Positions 37,653 to 47,866 of a stretch of 54,112 bases of DNA are shown here, one piece after another. Made by a program: the position numbers and the translations under genes. Numbering within the stretch: the stretch's first letter is position 1; the number at the start of each line of letters is the position of its first letter. The stretch comes from Ottowia sp. GTDB taxonomy: Bacteria; Pseudomonadota; Gammaproteobacteria; Burkholderiales; Burkholderiaceae_C. The stretch lies in NCBI GenBank assembly GCA_017437605.1, contig JAFRYL010000145.1, positions 1-54,112 on the forward strand, in the 5' to 3' direction. The notes beneath the pieces are model-generated. The model made no database searches, was not told the origin of the DNA, and was given only the letters and a program-made list of their open reading frames with translations.

Positions 37653-38564
37653 TTACTTTGCGGGCATATCAGCGGCGCGCAGTTCTTCCTGCAGCGCGTG
37701 GAAAAACGCCTGCGCCGCCGGGGAAAACAGGCGGCTTTTTTTCCACACTACGCTCAGCCAGCTTTCCAGGCGGGGTTCCAGCAGGCGGAAGCACAGCCCG
37801 CTGCCTTCGCGCGTGTCTGCCAGCCCGTCCAGGCTCACGACGTGCCCGAGGCCGCAGCGCGCCATCAGCGCGGCGTTGTAGACGAGGTTGAAGGTGGCGG
37901 CGACGTGCAGGCGCTCAAAATCCTCGCCGAACCAGTCGGCAAACGCATTGGGCGCGGCGCTGCGGCGCATGGCCTGCCGCGAGAGGATGAGCGGTTGCCC
38001 GAGCAAATCTGCCCGCGTGACGTGCGGCAGGGCGGCCAGCGGGCTGCCGCTCGGCGTAATCACGCCCCACACATCTTTGTCCGGCAGGCGCATGGAGTCG
38101 TAGCGGCTCAAATCCGCTGGCTCGATGAGCACGCAAAAGTCCAGCAGCCCTTCGTCCAGCCGCACGGTCACGTCATCAAAATTGCCGCTATGGATATGGA
38201 AGCGTATGCCCGGCCACTGCGCCTGCGTGCGCTGCATGGCGCGCGCCAGATGGCGCATTTCGCGCGTCTCGCCGCAGCCGATGTGTACGTCGCCCGTCAG
38301 GGGTTTGCCGGGCGCGGCAAATTCGGCGCGCGTTTTTTCCAGCAGTTCAAGAATCTCCTCAGCGCGCTCGCGCAGGCGCAGCCCGTCGGCAGTGAGCGCG
38401 ACGCCGTGGCTGCGGCGCACGAACAGGCGCACGCCAAGTTCCTCCTCCAACTCCGCCAACTGGCGCGAGAGCGTGGGCTGCGTCACATGCAGCGCAGCGG
38501 CGGCGGCGCTCATGTTGCCCTCGCGCGCGACGGCGAGGAAGTAATGCAGGACGCGGATTTTCAT
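37653..38564 (-). CDS. LysR-type transcriptional regulator
   Basis: YFLAVAREGNMSAAAAALHVTQPTLSRQL..LEEELG. Confidence 0.92.
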   Translation of the reverse strand: MKIRVLHYFLAVAREGNMSAAAAALHVTQPTLSRQLAELEEELGVRLFVRRSHGVALTADGLRLRERAEEILELLEKTRAEFAAPGKPLTGDVHIGCGETREMRHLARAMQRTQAQWPGIRFHIHSGNFDDVTVRLDEGLLDFCVLIEPADLSRYDSMRLPDKDVWGVITPSGSPLAALPHVTRADLLGQPLILSRQAMRRSAAPNAFADWFGEDFERLHVAATFNLVYNAALMARCGLGHVVSLDGLADTREGSGLCFRLLEPRLESWLSVVWKKSRLFSPAAQAFFHALQEELRAADMPAK

Positions 38565-38633
38565 CAGGTGCTCCTCTGGCGCGCATCTTATGCGAGCGCA
38601 GCCTCAAGCGCGCATGAACACAGTGTATTGCAG

Positions 38634-38692
38634 CGGTATCAATCCATCGCCGGCAACATAAGCCGGCGACCGTAGATATATTGATTGAGTAT
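38634..38692. repeat. GCCGGC-core element E22 (short/long)
   Basis: CGGTAT-N9-GCCGGC-AACATAA-GCCGGC-N19-GAGTAT. Confidence 0.9.
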
Positions 38693-38707
38693 GCAGTCAG
38701 AAGACAC

Positions 38708-38736
38708 AAAAAACGGGCGGCTGTGGCGCCGCCCGT
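38708..38736 (-). terminator. Intrinsic terminator
   Basis: A6-CGGGCGGC..GCCGCCCG hairpin. Confidence 0.7.
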
Positions 38737-38755
38737 GTCCATGCGGTGAGCCGTT

Positions 38756-39709
38756 TCAATAGCCCTGATTCCGGTCCACGACGTTGGTGAGCGCCTCGCC
38801 CGCCAGAAAGCGCGCGAGGTTGTCCGCTGCAATCTGCACGGCGCGCTCCATCGTGCCGGGAAGCAGGAAGCGGCTTGCCACATGCGGGGTGATGAAGACG
38901 CGCTCCATGCCCCAGAGCGCGTCGTCCGCGGGCAGCGGCTCCGGCTCGGTGACATCAAGCGCAACGGCGCGCAGGTGGCCGTCTGCGAGCACCTTTTTCA
39001 ATGCAGCGGGGTCAATGGCGCTGCCACGCCCGACGTTGATGAGGCAGGCATCCGCCTTCATCAGGCGCAGGCGGCGCTCGTCCATGAGGCGGGTGGTAGC
39101 CGCGCCGCCCGGCAGCACCATCGTTACCACATCGGCGCTGGGCAGCACTTCGTCCAGATGCTCGATGGTCAACACCTCGTCCACACACGCCGGTTTGTCC
39201 AGCGCGCGCCGGCGCACACCGATGACGTGGGCGCCAAGCGCCTTCATCTTGGCGGCGTAGGTGCTGCCAGCGGCGCCCAGTCCCAGAACGGCAATGCGTG
39301 CGCCCTCGACGGAGCGCATCGCGCCGCTCACTGCCCATGTGCGCGCCTGCTGTTGCTGCGCGTAGCTTTTCAGCCCGCGCAGCAGCGCGAAGGTGAGCGC
39401 CACGGCATGCTCGGCAACGCTCAGGGCGTGCGCGGAAGCGGCATTGGTCAGCGTGGCTTGGGGGCGCAGGCAGTCAGCCGCCGCGAACGGATCGGCGCCA
39501 GCGGTAAAGAGCTGCAGCCATGCGAGCTGCCCCGCCTTTTTGACCTGTTCGGCAGAAGGCAGGCCGAGCAAGGCATCCGCCTCGTGCAAATCGGCATCTG
39601 TGGCGGCGTCCGCAGTGCGAAAAACCAGCGAGGCGCGCTCGCCAGCCGCCGCGAGCAACGCCTGTTTGTGCGCGTCGTCAAGCGGCGCGATGACCAGAAT
39701 CTTTTTCAT
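38756..39709 (-). CDS. D-2-hydroxyacid dehydrogenase
   Basis: VLGLGAAG, INVGRG, ALDVTEPEPLP, ITPHVA. Confidence 0.9.
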   Translation of the reverse strand: MKKILVIAPLDDAHKQALLAAAGERASLVFRTADAATDADLHEADALLGLPSAEQVKKAGQLAWLQLFTAGADPFAAADCLRPQATLTNAASAHALSVAEHAVALTFALLRGLKSYAQQQQARTWAVSGAMRSVEGARIAVLGLGAAGSTYAAKMKALGAHVIGVRRRALDKPACVDEVLTIEHLDEVLPSADVVTMVLPGGAATTRLMDERRLRLMKADACLINVGRGSAIDPAALKKVLADGHLRAVALDVTEPEPLPADDALWGMERVFITPHVASRFLLPGTMERAVQIAADNLARFLAGEALTNVVDRNQGY

Positions 39710-40788
39710 GACGTTTCCTTGTGTTGAAGCCCTGTTAAATGGAGTTTGGTTTGTGCTCTTTCCCCCATCGTCAGGCTGCGCTGTGTCGCGAATATTTCCT
39801 TCTGCCGTTCTATTTCCTTGCGCAATTCCTCCTCGGACGGCAAATACGTCAGGTACTTCGCCGCGAAAAGCTGCTTGCTGCCGTGCAGAACGGAATAGCG
39901 GGCGATGTCTTTGCCCGTTTCGGAACAGAGCACAAGCCCGACAGTGGGGTTGTCGCCCTCGGTGCGCTTTATGTCATCAAACATGCGCACATACATGTCC
40001 ATTTGCCCGACGTCTTTGTGCGTCAGTTTCCCGGTTTTGAGGTCAACAAGGAAGAAGCATTTGAGAATGTAGTTGTAGAAGACGAGGTCAATAAAGTAAT
40101 CCTCGCCGTCGGCCACGATGTGCTGCTGGCGCGCGACGAACGAGAAGCCGCGCCCCAGTTCCATGATGAACGACGTGATGTGCGACAGAATCGCCGATTC
40201 AAGCTCGCTTTCGGTAAAGCTGGAATTGCTCGGCAGCCCGAGAAACTCGGCAACGACAGGGCTTTTGACCAGCTCGGCGTTCGCGGGCGGATTCTCTGCC
40301 GTTTTTTCTAGCATCTCGGCAATGACGGCCTCCTTTTTAGGCGAGGCGAGAAGCCGGTGGTAGTACTGCGAGCCGACGTTTCTCGCCAGTGTCCGCGCGC
40401 TCCAGTTTTCCCGCGACGCCTCGCGGAGGTACCAATACCGCGCGTCGGCGTTGACGACAGGCAAAACCTGCCTGATGTGCGTCCAGGTCAGATTTGGCAC
40501 TCGCGAGTGCCAAATCTCAAAATCCGGCAACTGCGCGTAGAATTGCCGGTAGTCGCGCAGCCGCCTGGCCGAATAGCGGTCTCCATAGACAGGGCGCAGG
40601 GTTTTCGCCAATTCATCAATCAAATGGGCACCATATGTCGCGCGCTCTTCGCCACCCTGTTCTTCTTCAACAATCCGCCGGCCAATCCGCCAATAGGTCA
40701 GCGCGGCAATGATGTTTGCTGCGGAATAGGCTTGGAGAACGCCCTTGTCGATGATGTTCCTGACATCGGAGGCCAATGAGGATTTCAT
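39706..40788 (-). CDS. Second YhcG/DUF1016 family PD-(D/E)XK protein
   Basis: YWRIGRRIVEEEQ, LTWTH, WSARTL, ELGRGFSFVARQ, IDLVFYN..DLK, GQMDMYV. Confidence 0.88.
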   Translation of the reverse strand: MKSSLASDVRNIIDKGVLQAYSAANIIAALTYWRIGRRIVEEEQGGEERATYGAHLIDELAKTLRPVYGDRYSARRLRDYRQFYAQLPDFEIWHSRVPNLTWTHIRQVLPVVNADARYWYLREASRENWSARTLARNVGSQYYHRLLASPKKEAVIAEMLEKTAENPPANAELVKSPVVAEFLGLPSNSSFTESELESAILSHITSFIMELGRGFSFVARQQHIVADGEDYFIDLVFYNYILKCFFLVDLKTGKLTHKDVGQMDMYVRMFDDIKRTEGDNPTVGLVLCSETGKDIARYSVLHGSKQLFAAKYLTYLPSEEELRKEIERQKEIFATQRSLTMGERAQTKLHLTGLQHKETS

Positions 40789-40818
40789 TTCAATGCCGCT
40801 TTTCGCCGCCCGTGCCGC

Positions 40819-41988
40819 CTACGCCATGCTTGCGCGAATGACGGCTTCCACATCGGCGGCGGTGAGTTGTTTGTATCCACCGGGCAGCATGATGGTGTTT
40901 TTCACGATGCCGGGCAGGTTCTCCTCGGTTACGCCGAGTTCGCGGCTGTCCATCACCAGGCCGATTTCGCGCATCCATGCGGCCATGCGCTCCAGCCCTT
41001 CATTCGCAATCTGTTCATCGGTTTTTCCGTCGGGGTTCACATCCCACACATTGACGGCGTAGCGGCGGAACTTCGCCAACCCGTGCGGCATGACGTGGCG
41101 GTAGTAGGGAATGGAAACAGCAGCCAGCGTCATGCCGTGCGTGGCGTCGGTGGTGCCGCCAATCGCCTGCCCAATCATGTGAACCATCCAGTCCGTCGTT
41201 TTGCCCTTGGCCACCAGCGTGTTGAGCGCCCAAGTCGCCGTCCACATGATGTTGCTGCGCGCCTCATAATCCTGCGGGTTTTTCACGGCAATGCGGCCGC
41301 TGTGAATGAGCGAGCGCAGCAGCCCCTCCATCAGATAATCCGAGGTGTTGTCGTCGGTGCCGGAGAAATACTGCTCCAGAATATGCGACATAATGTCAAA
41401 GAAACCCGCCACCATCTGGTTTTTCGGCAGCGTGTAGGTGAACTCCGGATTCAGTATGGAAAAGTGCGAGAACATCGCCGGACCGAACACCTTGCCGATT
41501 TTCTGTTTCGTCGCCGTGTTGGTAATGACGGAGCCGCCATTCATTTCCGAGCCGGTGCCCACCATCGTCAGCACGCAGCCCACGGGAATGGTTTTTTCCG
41601 TGGGTTCTTCGTGGCGCAGGAAAAAACGCTCCCACGGCTCGCCTTCGCACCACGCAGCGGCGGACACCGCCTTGGAATAGTCGCAGCACGAGCCGCCGCC
41701 GACAGACAGAATCAGGTCGGCGTTGCAGTCACGCGCACGCTGCGCGCCCTCGCGCAGCTTGTCCAGCGTGGGGTTGGGCATCACGCCCGCGTCTTCGGCC
41801 ACCGTCTTGCCGGCGGCGTCCAGCATGGCGCGCACCTGCTCATACAGGCCGCTTTTCTTGATGGAGCCGCCGCCGTAGACCAGCAGCACGTTTTTGCCGT
41901 AGCGCGCCAGCTCCTGCGGCAGTTGCTGCATGGCGTCCTTGCCAAAGTGCAGCCGCGTGGGGTTGTGGTAGGTGAAATTGCCAAGCAT
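40819..41988 (-). CDS. Iron-containing alcohol dehydrogenase (butanol dehydrogenase-like)
   Basis: VGGGSCCDYSK, GTGSEMN, DIMSHILEQY, H..HG metal ligands. Confidence 0.9.
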   Translation of the reverse strand: MLGNFTYHNPTRLHFGKDAMQQLPQELARYGKNVLLVYGGGSIKKSGLYEQVRAMLDAAGKTVAEDAGVMPNPTLDKLREGAQRARDCNADLILSVGGGSCCDYSKAVSAAAWCEGEPWERFFLRHEEPTEKTIPVGCVLTMVGTGSEMNGGSVITNTATKQKIGKVFGPAMFSHFSILNPEFTYTLPKNQMVAGFFDIMSHILEQYFSGTDDNTSDYLMEGLLRSLIHSGRIAVKNPQDYEARSNIMWTATWALNTLVAKGKTTDWMVHMIGQAIGGTTDATHGMTLAAVSIPYYRHVMPHGLAKFRRYAVNVWDVNPDGKTDEQIANEGLERMAAWMREIGLVMDSRELGVTEENLPGIVKNTIMLPGGYKQLTAADVEAVIRASMA

Positions 41989-42099
41989 GATTGTTCTCCT
42001 GTCATCGTGGGGTGGAAATGTTCGCGTGCAAGCCGCCGCATCTTAGGCGAAGCGGCAGCGCAGCGTCTGAAAAAAACAGAGCGAGGCAAGGTTTTGATT

Positions 42100-42158
42100 A
42101 GGTATATATCGCTTGCCGGCACAACAAGCCGGCGAACATAGATATGTTGCATGAGTAT
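42100..42158. repeat. GCCGGC-core element E23 (short/long)
   Basis: AGGTAT-N9-GCCGGC-ACAACAA-GCCGGC-N19-GAGTAT. Confidence 0.9.
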
Positions 42159-42260
42159 GTGCCACGGAGGGCGTCCTTGCCCACGCCGCGATAATCAGGG
42201 GCTGCGCGCGCCGGGGCGAATGCAGCGCGCGCATGAAACGATGCACAACTGTTCCCTGAT

Positions 42261-43130
42261 ATGAACCCCATCCTGATAGTTCTTCCCATCCTCGCGGTGT
42301 TGATGTTTGACTTGGGGCTGACGCTGCGCGTGGCGGATTTCGCGCTCGCGCTCAAACGCCCCAAGGCGGCGCTGGTGGCGCTGTTCGGGCAGATTGTGCT
42401 GTTGCCGGCGCTGGCGTGGGCGCTGGCGGCGGGGTTTGGCTTGCCGCCGCTGTTTGTGATTGGCGTGGTGCTGATTGCGTGCTGCCCGGGCGGGAGTTCG
42501 TCGAATGTGTTTTCGCGGCTTGCGGGCGGGGATGTGGCGCTGTCGGTGATGCTCACGGCGGTGAGCAGCGTCGTCACGCTGTTCACACTGCCGCTGGTGA
42601 TGGGCTGGGTGACGGCGGCGGTGGGGGCGTCGGCGGGCATTTCGCTGCCCGTGGGCAATCTCATCAAGCAGAATCTGGTGCTGATGCTGCTGCCGGTGCT
42701 CATCGGGATGGCGGTGAATTACTTTTTCCCGAATTTTGCGCGCCGCGCTGACAAGGCCTTGGCCAAAACCGTGTTTCCGGCGCTGCTGGTGCTGGTGAGT
42801 GTGTTTTATATCCAGCACCGCGCAACGATACGCGACAACCTCGGCGCGGTGGCGGTGTGCGTGACGCTGCTGATTATTCTCGCGGCGTGCAGCGCTGGGC
42901 TGCTTTCGCGGTTGTTCCGGCTGGCGGGCAGCGCGCGCCGCACGGTGGTGATTGAAGTGGGCATGCAAAATGCGGCGCAGGCGATTGCGGTGGCCTCCAG
43001 CCCGTTCATTTTCAATAATGACACCATCGCCATTCCCGCGATTCTTTATTCCATGATGATGAATGTGGTGCTGCTGCTGTATGTGGTGATGGTGCGGCGC
43101 GGCAACCGGGCGGTGTGCGCCGCTGCGTAG
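42261..43130 (+). CDS. Bile acid:sodium symporter (BASS) family transporter
   Basis: MFDLGLTL, CPGGSSSNV, GDVALSV, EVGMQN. Confidence 0.9.
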   Translation: MNPILIVLPILAVLMFDLGLTLRVADFALALKRPKAALVALFGQIVLLPALAWALAAGFGLPPLFVIGVVLIACCPGGSSSNVFSRLAGGDVALSVMLTAVSSVVTLFTLPLVMGWVTAAVGASAGISLPVGNLIKQNLVLMLLPVLIGMAVNYFFPNFARRADKALAKTVFPALLVLVSVFYIQHRATIRDNLGAVAVCVTLLIILAACSAGLLSRLFRLAGSARRTVVIEVGMQNAAQAIAVASSPFIFNNDTIAIPAILYSMMMNVVLLLYVVMVRRGNRAVCAAA

Positions 43131-43159
43131 CGGCGCGGTGTTTGATGAGGAGACTGGTG

Positions 43160-43837
43160 ATGAAACCTTTTGTAGTCTGTCACATGATGGCGGCGCTTGA
43201 TGGCCGCATTGACTGCGGCATGCTGGACGCGCTGGGCGAGTGCCCGAACTATTACGAGACTTTGAAGCGCCTGAAATGCCAGGCGTTTGTTGAGGGGCGC
43301 GTGAGCCGCGCCATGCACGCCGCCGCCCCTGGGCGCTTTCTTGACGAGGGGCGCTCGCGCGCAGGAGCTGCCGTGCATCGCGCCGTGGACAAGGCGCCGA
43401 ACGGCTGGGCGGTGACGGTGGACACGCGCGGCACGCTGCTCTGGGACGACAAGCAGGTGGACGGGCGCCCGCTGCTGTGCATCGTCAGCGAGTCGGCGCC
43501 CGGGCGCTATCTGAAATATCTGGCGGACCGCAACATTTCCTATATTGCTGCCGGCGAGCAGGGGATTGATTTGGCGCGCGCGCTGGAGCTGCTGCACGAG
43601 CATTTTGACGTGAAGCGCGTGGCGGTGGTGGGTGGCGGGCATGTGAATGCGGGGTTTCTGGCCGCCGGGTTGCTGGACGAAATCAGCATGCTTTACGGTC
43701 CCATTATTGATGGGCGCGCGGGTATGACGGCGGCGTTTGACGGGCTGCCATATAACGTCGCGCCGCAGATTGTGAAGCTCAAAAGCGTGGAGCAGTTTGA
43801 CGACGGCTGCGTGTGGATGCGCTATACAACGGCGTAA
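43160..43837 (+). CDS. RibD C-terminal/DHFR-like reductase
   Basis: CHMMAALDGRID, VGGGHVNAGFL..GLLDEIS. Confidence 0.8.
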   Translation: MKPFVVCHMMAALDGRIDCGMLDALGECPNYYETLKRLKCQAFVEGRVSRAMHAAAPGRFLDEGRSRAGAAVHRAVDKAPNGWAVTVDTRGTLLWDDKQVDGRPLLCIVSESAPGRYLKYLADRNISYIAAGEQGIDLARALELLHEHFDVKRVAVVGGGHVNAGFLAAGLLDEISMLYGPIIDGRAGMTAAFDGLPYNVAPQIVKLKSVEQFDDGCVWMRYTTA

Positions 43838-43843
43838 AAATCC

Positions 43844-43878
43844 AAAAAAACCGGCGCTGCGGGCGCCGGTTTTGTTTT
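43844..43878. terminator. Bidirectional terminator
   Basis: A7-CCGGCGC-TGCGG-GCGCCGG-T-rich between convergent genes. Confidence 0.75.
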
Positions 43879-43894
43879 GGTGCGTGTGCAAATA

Positions 43895-44098
43895 TCAGGC
43901 GCAGCCGGGCTGCCCGTCTTCGCGGAAGCGGCAGACTTCGCAAATTTCAAGAGGGTAGCTTTCGCTCAGGTCGCCGGGCTTGATGTCCTTGACGCTGAAT
44001 TGCGCTTGCGCCTGCTTTTCGGCTTCTTCCCGGTTGGCGGCGACGATGTTCAGGTCGCAACTGCCGCTGAAACTCATGGTGACGACGTAGTTGGGCAT
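43895..44098 (-). CDS. Small hypothetical protein (67 aa)
   Basis: GGAG RBS; MPNYVVTMSFSGSCDLNIVAANREEAEKQA; followed by terminator. Confidence 0.55.
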   Translation of the reverse strand: MPNYVVTMSFSGSCDLNIVAANREEAEKQAQAQFSVKDIKPGDLSESYPLEICEVCRFREDGQPGCA

Positions 44099-44174
44099 GG
44101 TGTGCTCCGTGCAGAGGAATGGCGGCGAGTGTAGGACTGTGTCTTTCCCCTTGGAACAGAGGGGAAAATTTTGC

Positions 44175-44233
44175 ATACTGGTTGGAAATATGTGTGGTTG
44201 CCGGCTTATGTTGCCGGCGATGAATGGATACCA
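44175..44233. repeat. GCCGGC-core element E24 (long/short), overlaps ygfZ 3' end
   Basis: ATACTG-N19-GCCGGC-TTATGTT-GCCGGC-N9-ATACCA. Confidence 0.9.
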
Positions 44234-45075
44234 TTGATGTCCAGCAGTGGCGCGCCGCGCACGGTGAGGGGCTGCTGCACGGCGTCCAGCGCAAGCACGG
44301 CAATGAGGGCGCTGCCGCCGCCCGGGGCGGGGGCGGCCTGGGCAATGGTTCCGGCGCTGTTGCCTGCGGCGTCCAGCACCTCATCGCCTGCGTGCGCTTC
44401 GCCCGGCGTGTGCGCGACGAAGGCGCGGCGTTTGATGGCGCCGCGATATTGGCTGCGAGCGACGACTTCCTGTCCCGGGTAGCAGCCTTTATTGAAGTTC
44501 AGCACGCCCAGGCTTTCGTAGCAAAGCATTTGCGGCACGAAGGCGCCGGAGATGGCGGCGCCCACGCGCGCGGCGCCGCTCCCCACTTCGGCAAGCAGCC
44601 ACGCGGCGGTGTCAAGCGGTGTGCCAGCAGGTTCCGCTGCGTCGGCGTTGCCTACCCACAGTGCGCGCGGCGTGCCGTTGGCAGGCGGTAGAGGGATGAT
44701 GTAGGCGCCGGCGGCTGCTTCTGCCGCTTCGCCCAGCAAGCCGCGCAGTTTCCATGCGCTGCTGGCGTCAGCAAGCTGCACCTTGGCGCGCAGCACGTAG
44801 CGGCGCAGGCGCGTGAGGGTGGCTTCAAGCACGTCGGCGCTGATGATGAGCAGCAGTTCTTCTTCGCCCACACGAAGCGCGTGCATGCTGGCGAGCACGC
44901 GCCCCTTGGGGTTGCAGAGCGCGGCGGGCGCGCTGGCGCCGGGGGCAAGGTGGACGATGTCCTGCGTCAGTTGTCCGTGCAGGAAGGCGATGGCGTCGGC
45001 GCCCGTGGCGCTGATGATGCCCAAGTGAGGCAGGGGGGCGATGCCGCAGGCGGCTGGGGTGTGCGTGCAAGTCAT
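44206..45075 (-). CDS. ygfZ: Folate-binding protein YgfZ
   Basis: FLHGQLTQD, KGCYPGQEVVAR signature. Confidence 0.9.
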   Translation of the reverse strand: MTCTHTPAACGIAPLPHLGIISATGADAIAFLHGQLTQDIVHLAPGASAPAALCNPKGRVLASMHALRVGEEELLLIISADVLEATLTRLRRYVLRAKVQLADASSAWKLRGLLGEAAEAAAGAYIIPLPPANGTPRALWVGNADAAEPAGTPLDTAAWLLAEVGSGAARVGAAISGAFVPQMLCYESLGVLNFNKGCYPGQEVVARSQYRGAIKRRAFVAHTPGEAHAGDEVLDAAGNSAGTIAQAAPAPGGGSALIAVLALDAVQQPLTVRGAPLLDINGIHSSPAT

Positions 45076-45131
45076 TCCTTTATCATGCGCCGTTTTTGCC
45101 CCACCCTGCGTTTTTCCATAAAAAATTCGCC

Positions 45132-46133
45132 GTGCGAACCCTGTTGAAACTCGTGGCACTTTTGCTTGCCGTGGCGCTGGCCGCTGCGGGCGGGGCATGG
45201 TGGTGGACGCAGCAGCCGCTGCCGATGGCGGCTGACACGCTGGAAGTGAGCGTGCCCGCAGGCGCCTCGCTGCGTACGGCGGCGCAGCGGCTGCACGAGG
45301 CGGGGGTGCAGGTGCCGCCGCGTGCGCTGGAGGCGTATTTCCGCTACGCGGCGCGCGGGCGCAGCATTCAGGCGGGCGATTACGCCATCAAGCGCGGCAT
45401 GAAGCCGCAAGACGTACTCGCGCGCATGGTGCGCGGCGAGCGCATCTCGCGCAGCGTGACGCTGGTGGAAGGCTGGACCTTCCGCCAGGCGCTGCAGGCG
45501 CTCTCGCGCGCGCCCGATTTGCAGCACGACGCTTCCAGCCTCACGCCCGAAGCGGTGATGGCGGCGCTGGGACGCGAAGGCGTGCCGGCGGAAGGGCGCT
45601 TTTTCCCCGACACCTTCCACTACACCAAGGGCGATTCGGAGCTTGACGTCCTGCGCCAGTCCATGCAGCTCATGGACAAGCGTCTGGAGGCGGCGTGGAA
45701 TGCGCGCGCGAGCGATGTGCCGCTGGCCAATGCGGAGGAGGCGCTTATCCTCGCCTCCATCATTGAGAAAGAAACCGGGCGCGCCGCTGACCGCGCCGAA
45801 ATCGCCGGCGTGTTTGCCAACCGCCTGCGGCTGGGCATGAAGCTGCAGACCGACCCGACGGTCATCTACGGCCTGGGCGATGCTTTTGACGGCAAGCTGC
45901 GCCGCAGCCAACTGGACGCAGACACGCCCTACAACACCTACACCCGCGCCGGGCTGCCGCCTACGCCCATTGCGCTGCCCGGCAAGGCGGCGCTACTGGC
46001 GGCGGTGCGTCCGGCGGAGACACGCGCGCTCTACTTCGTGGCGCGCGGCGACGGCAGCAGCCAGTTCAGCCAGACGCTGGACGAACACAACCGCGCGGTG
46101 CAGCTTTATCAGCGCGGAGGAGCCAAACCATGA
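45132..46133 (+). CDS. mltG: Endolytic transglycosylase MltG
   Basis: N-terminal TM; [37 protein letters not shown]. Confidence 0.93.
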   Translation: MRTLLKLVALLLAVALAAAGGAWWWTQQPLPMAADTLEVSVPAGASLRTAAQRLHEAGVQVPPRALEAYFRYAARGRSIQAGDYAIKRGMKPQDVLARMVRGERISRSVTLVEGWTFRQALQALSRAPDLQHDASSLTPEAVMAALGREGVPAEGRFFPDTFHYTKGDSELDVLRQSMQLMDKRLEAAWNARASDVPLANAEEALILASIIEKETGRAADRAEIAGVFANRLRLGMKLQTDPTVIYGLGDAFDGKLRRSQLDADTPYNTYTRAGLPPTPIALPGKAALLAAVRPAETRALYFVARGDGSSQFSQTLDEHNRAVQLYQRGGAKP

Positions 46134-46786
46134 GCGAACAAGGCATTTTCATCAGTTTTGAAGGCATCGACGGCGCGGGCAAGTCCACGCACATCAAATC
46201 GCTGGCCGTCGCGTTTGAGCAGGCGGGGCGCAGCGTGGTGCGCACACGCGAGCCGGGCGGCACGCCGCTGGCCGAGCGCCTGCGCACGATGACGCTGCAC
46301 GAGGACATGGACGGCGTGACCGAGGCGCTGCTCATGTTCGCCGCGCGCCGCGCGCATGTGCGCGAAGTCATCGCCCCGGCGCTGGCCGCCGGCAAAGTGG
46401 TGCTGTGTGAGCGTTTCACCGATTCCACCTTTGCCTATCAGGGCGGCGGGCGCGGTGTGGACTGGACGACGCTGGAAAAGCTCGAACGCCTCGCGCTGGA
46501 CATCAACGGCACGGGTGTGAGCATGCCGCTGATGGACGAACCGCTGACGCCCTCGCTCACGCTCTGGTTTGACCTGCCCACCGAACTGGCTGCTACGCGG
46601 CTGCGCGGCGAGCTGGACCGCTTTGAGATGCAGACGCTGGTGTTTTTTGAGTCCGTGCGCGCTGCCTACGCCACGCGCATGGCGCACGCAGGTGGGCGCA
46701 TCGTGCGTATTGACACCAGCGTGACCAAAGAACAGGTGGCCAGCGAGGTGATTGCCGCCGTGCGTGCGCGCGGGTGGCTGCCATGA
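46130..46786 (+). CDS. tmk: Thymidylate kinase
   Basis: [29 protein letters not shown]. Confidence 0.95.
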   Translation: MSEQGIFISFEGIDGAGKSTHIKSLAVAFEQAGRSVVRTREPGGTPLAERLRTMTLHEDMDGVTEALLMFAARRAHVREVIAPALAAGKVVLCERFTDSTFAYQGGGRGVDWTTLEKLERLALDINGTGVSMPLMDEPLTPSLTLWFDLPTELAATRLRGELDRFEMQTLVFFESVRAAYATRMAHAGGRIVRIDTSVTKEQVASEVIAAVRARGWLP

Positions 46787-47838
46787 GCGCGCCTGATGCC
46801 GTCGCTCCGTGGGTCACGCGCCAGTTGCACGCACTGCTGGCGCAGCCCGGGCACGCGCTGCTGCTGCATGGGCCAAGCGGCCTGGGGCAGTTTGAACTGG
46901 CGTGGCAGCTTGCGCGCGCCTGGCTGTGCGAGGCGCCTACGCCGGAGGGCGCATGCGGCGCTTGCCCCGCCTGTCACGGCATGGACGTGCATACGCACCC
47001 GGACTTTTTCCTGCTCATGCCCGAAGAGGAGCTGCTCGCGCGCGGGTTGCCGCTGCCGGAAAAGGCGCAGGCCGAGCTGGACGCCAAAAAGCGCAAACCA
47101 AGCCGCGACATTCGCATCGACGACATGCGCGCCGCCACCACTTTCGCGCAGCGCACGCGCGCACGCGAGCGCGGCAAGGTGGTGCTCATCTACCCGGCCG
47201 AGCGCATGAACCACGCCGCCGCCGGCGCGCTGCTCAAGACGCTGGAAGAGCCGCCGGGCGAGGTGCGCTTCATTCTCGCCAGCGACGCCGCACACATGTT
47301 GTTGCCCACCATACGCAGCCGCTGCATGGCGCGCGCGCTGCACAGGCCGGGCGAGGAAGAGGCGCTCGCCTGGCTTGGCGAATGCGGGCTGCCGCAGGCG
47401 GAGGCCGCCGCGCTGCTGCGCGCCGCTGGCGGGCGCCCGGAGCAGGCGCTGGCGCTCGCTGCCACCGACGACGCACCCAGGGGCAAAAACGCCCCCAGCC
47501 TGCAGCAAAGCGCCGCTGCACAGGCCGCGCAGTGGGCGGCACTGCCCGCTGCGCTGGCGCAGGGCGAAACTGCCGCGCTTGCCGCCACGCCGCTGCCCGA
47601 AACTGTGGCGCGCTTGCAAAAGCTCTGCCACGACCTGATGTGCGTGCAAGTGGGCGCGGCGCCGCGCTTTTTTGACGCCGCCAATCTGCCGCGCCGCCCT
47701 CTGTCCTTCATGGCGCTGGCGCGCTGGCAGCAGCAGCTTGCGCGCCTGGCGCGCCACGCTGCGCACCCGTTCAATGCACCGCTGGCAGCAGAATTTCTCG
47801 CCAGCGCCGCGCAGCAGGCTCTACACTCACGCCCTTGA
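46783..47838 (+). CDS. holB: DNA polymerase III delta' subunit
   Basis: [25 protein letters not shown]. Confidence 0.92.
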   Translation: MSAPDAVAPWVTRQLHALLAQPGHALLLHGPSGLGQFELAWQLARAWLCEAPTPEGACGACPACHGMDVHTHPDFFLLMPEEELLARGLPLPEKAQAELDAKKRKPSRDIRIDDMRAATTFAQRTRARERGKVVLIYPAERMNHAAAGALLKTLEEPPGEVRFILASDAAHMLLPTIRSRCMARALHRPGEEEALAWLGECGLPQAEAAALLRAAGGRPEQALALAATDDAPRGKNAPSLQQSAAAQAAQWAALPAALAQGETAALAATPLPETVARLQKLCHDLMCVQVGAAPRFFDAANLPRRPLSFMALARWQQQLARLARHAAHPFNAPLAAEFLASAAQQALHSRP

Positions 47839-47866
47839 TTACCTTCATCAATCGGAACACCGCACC

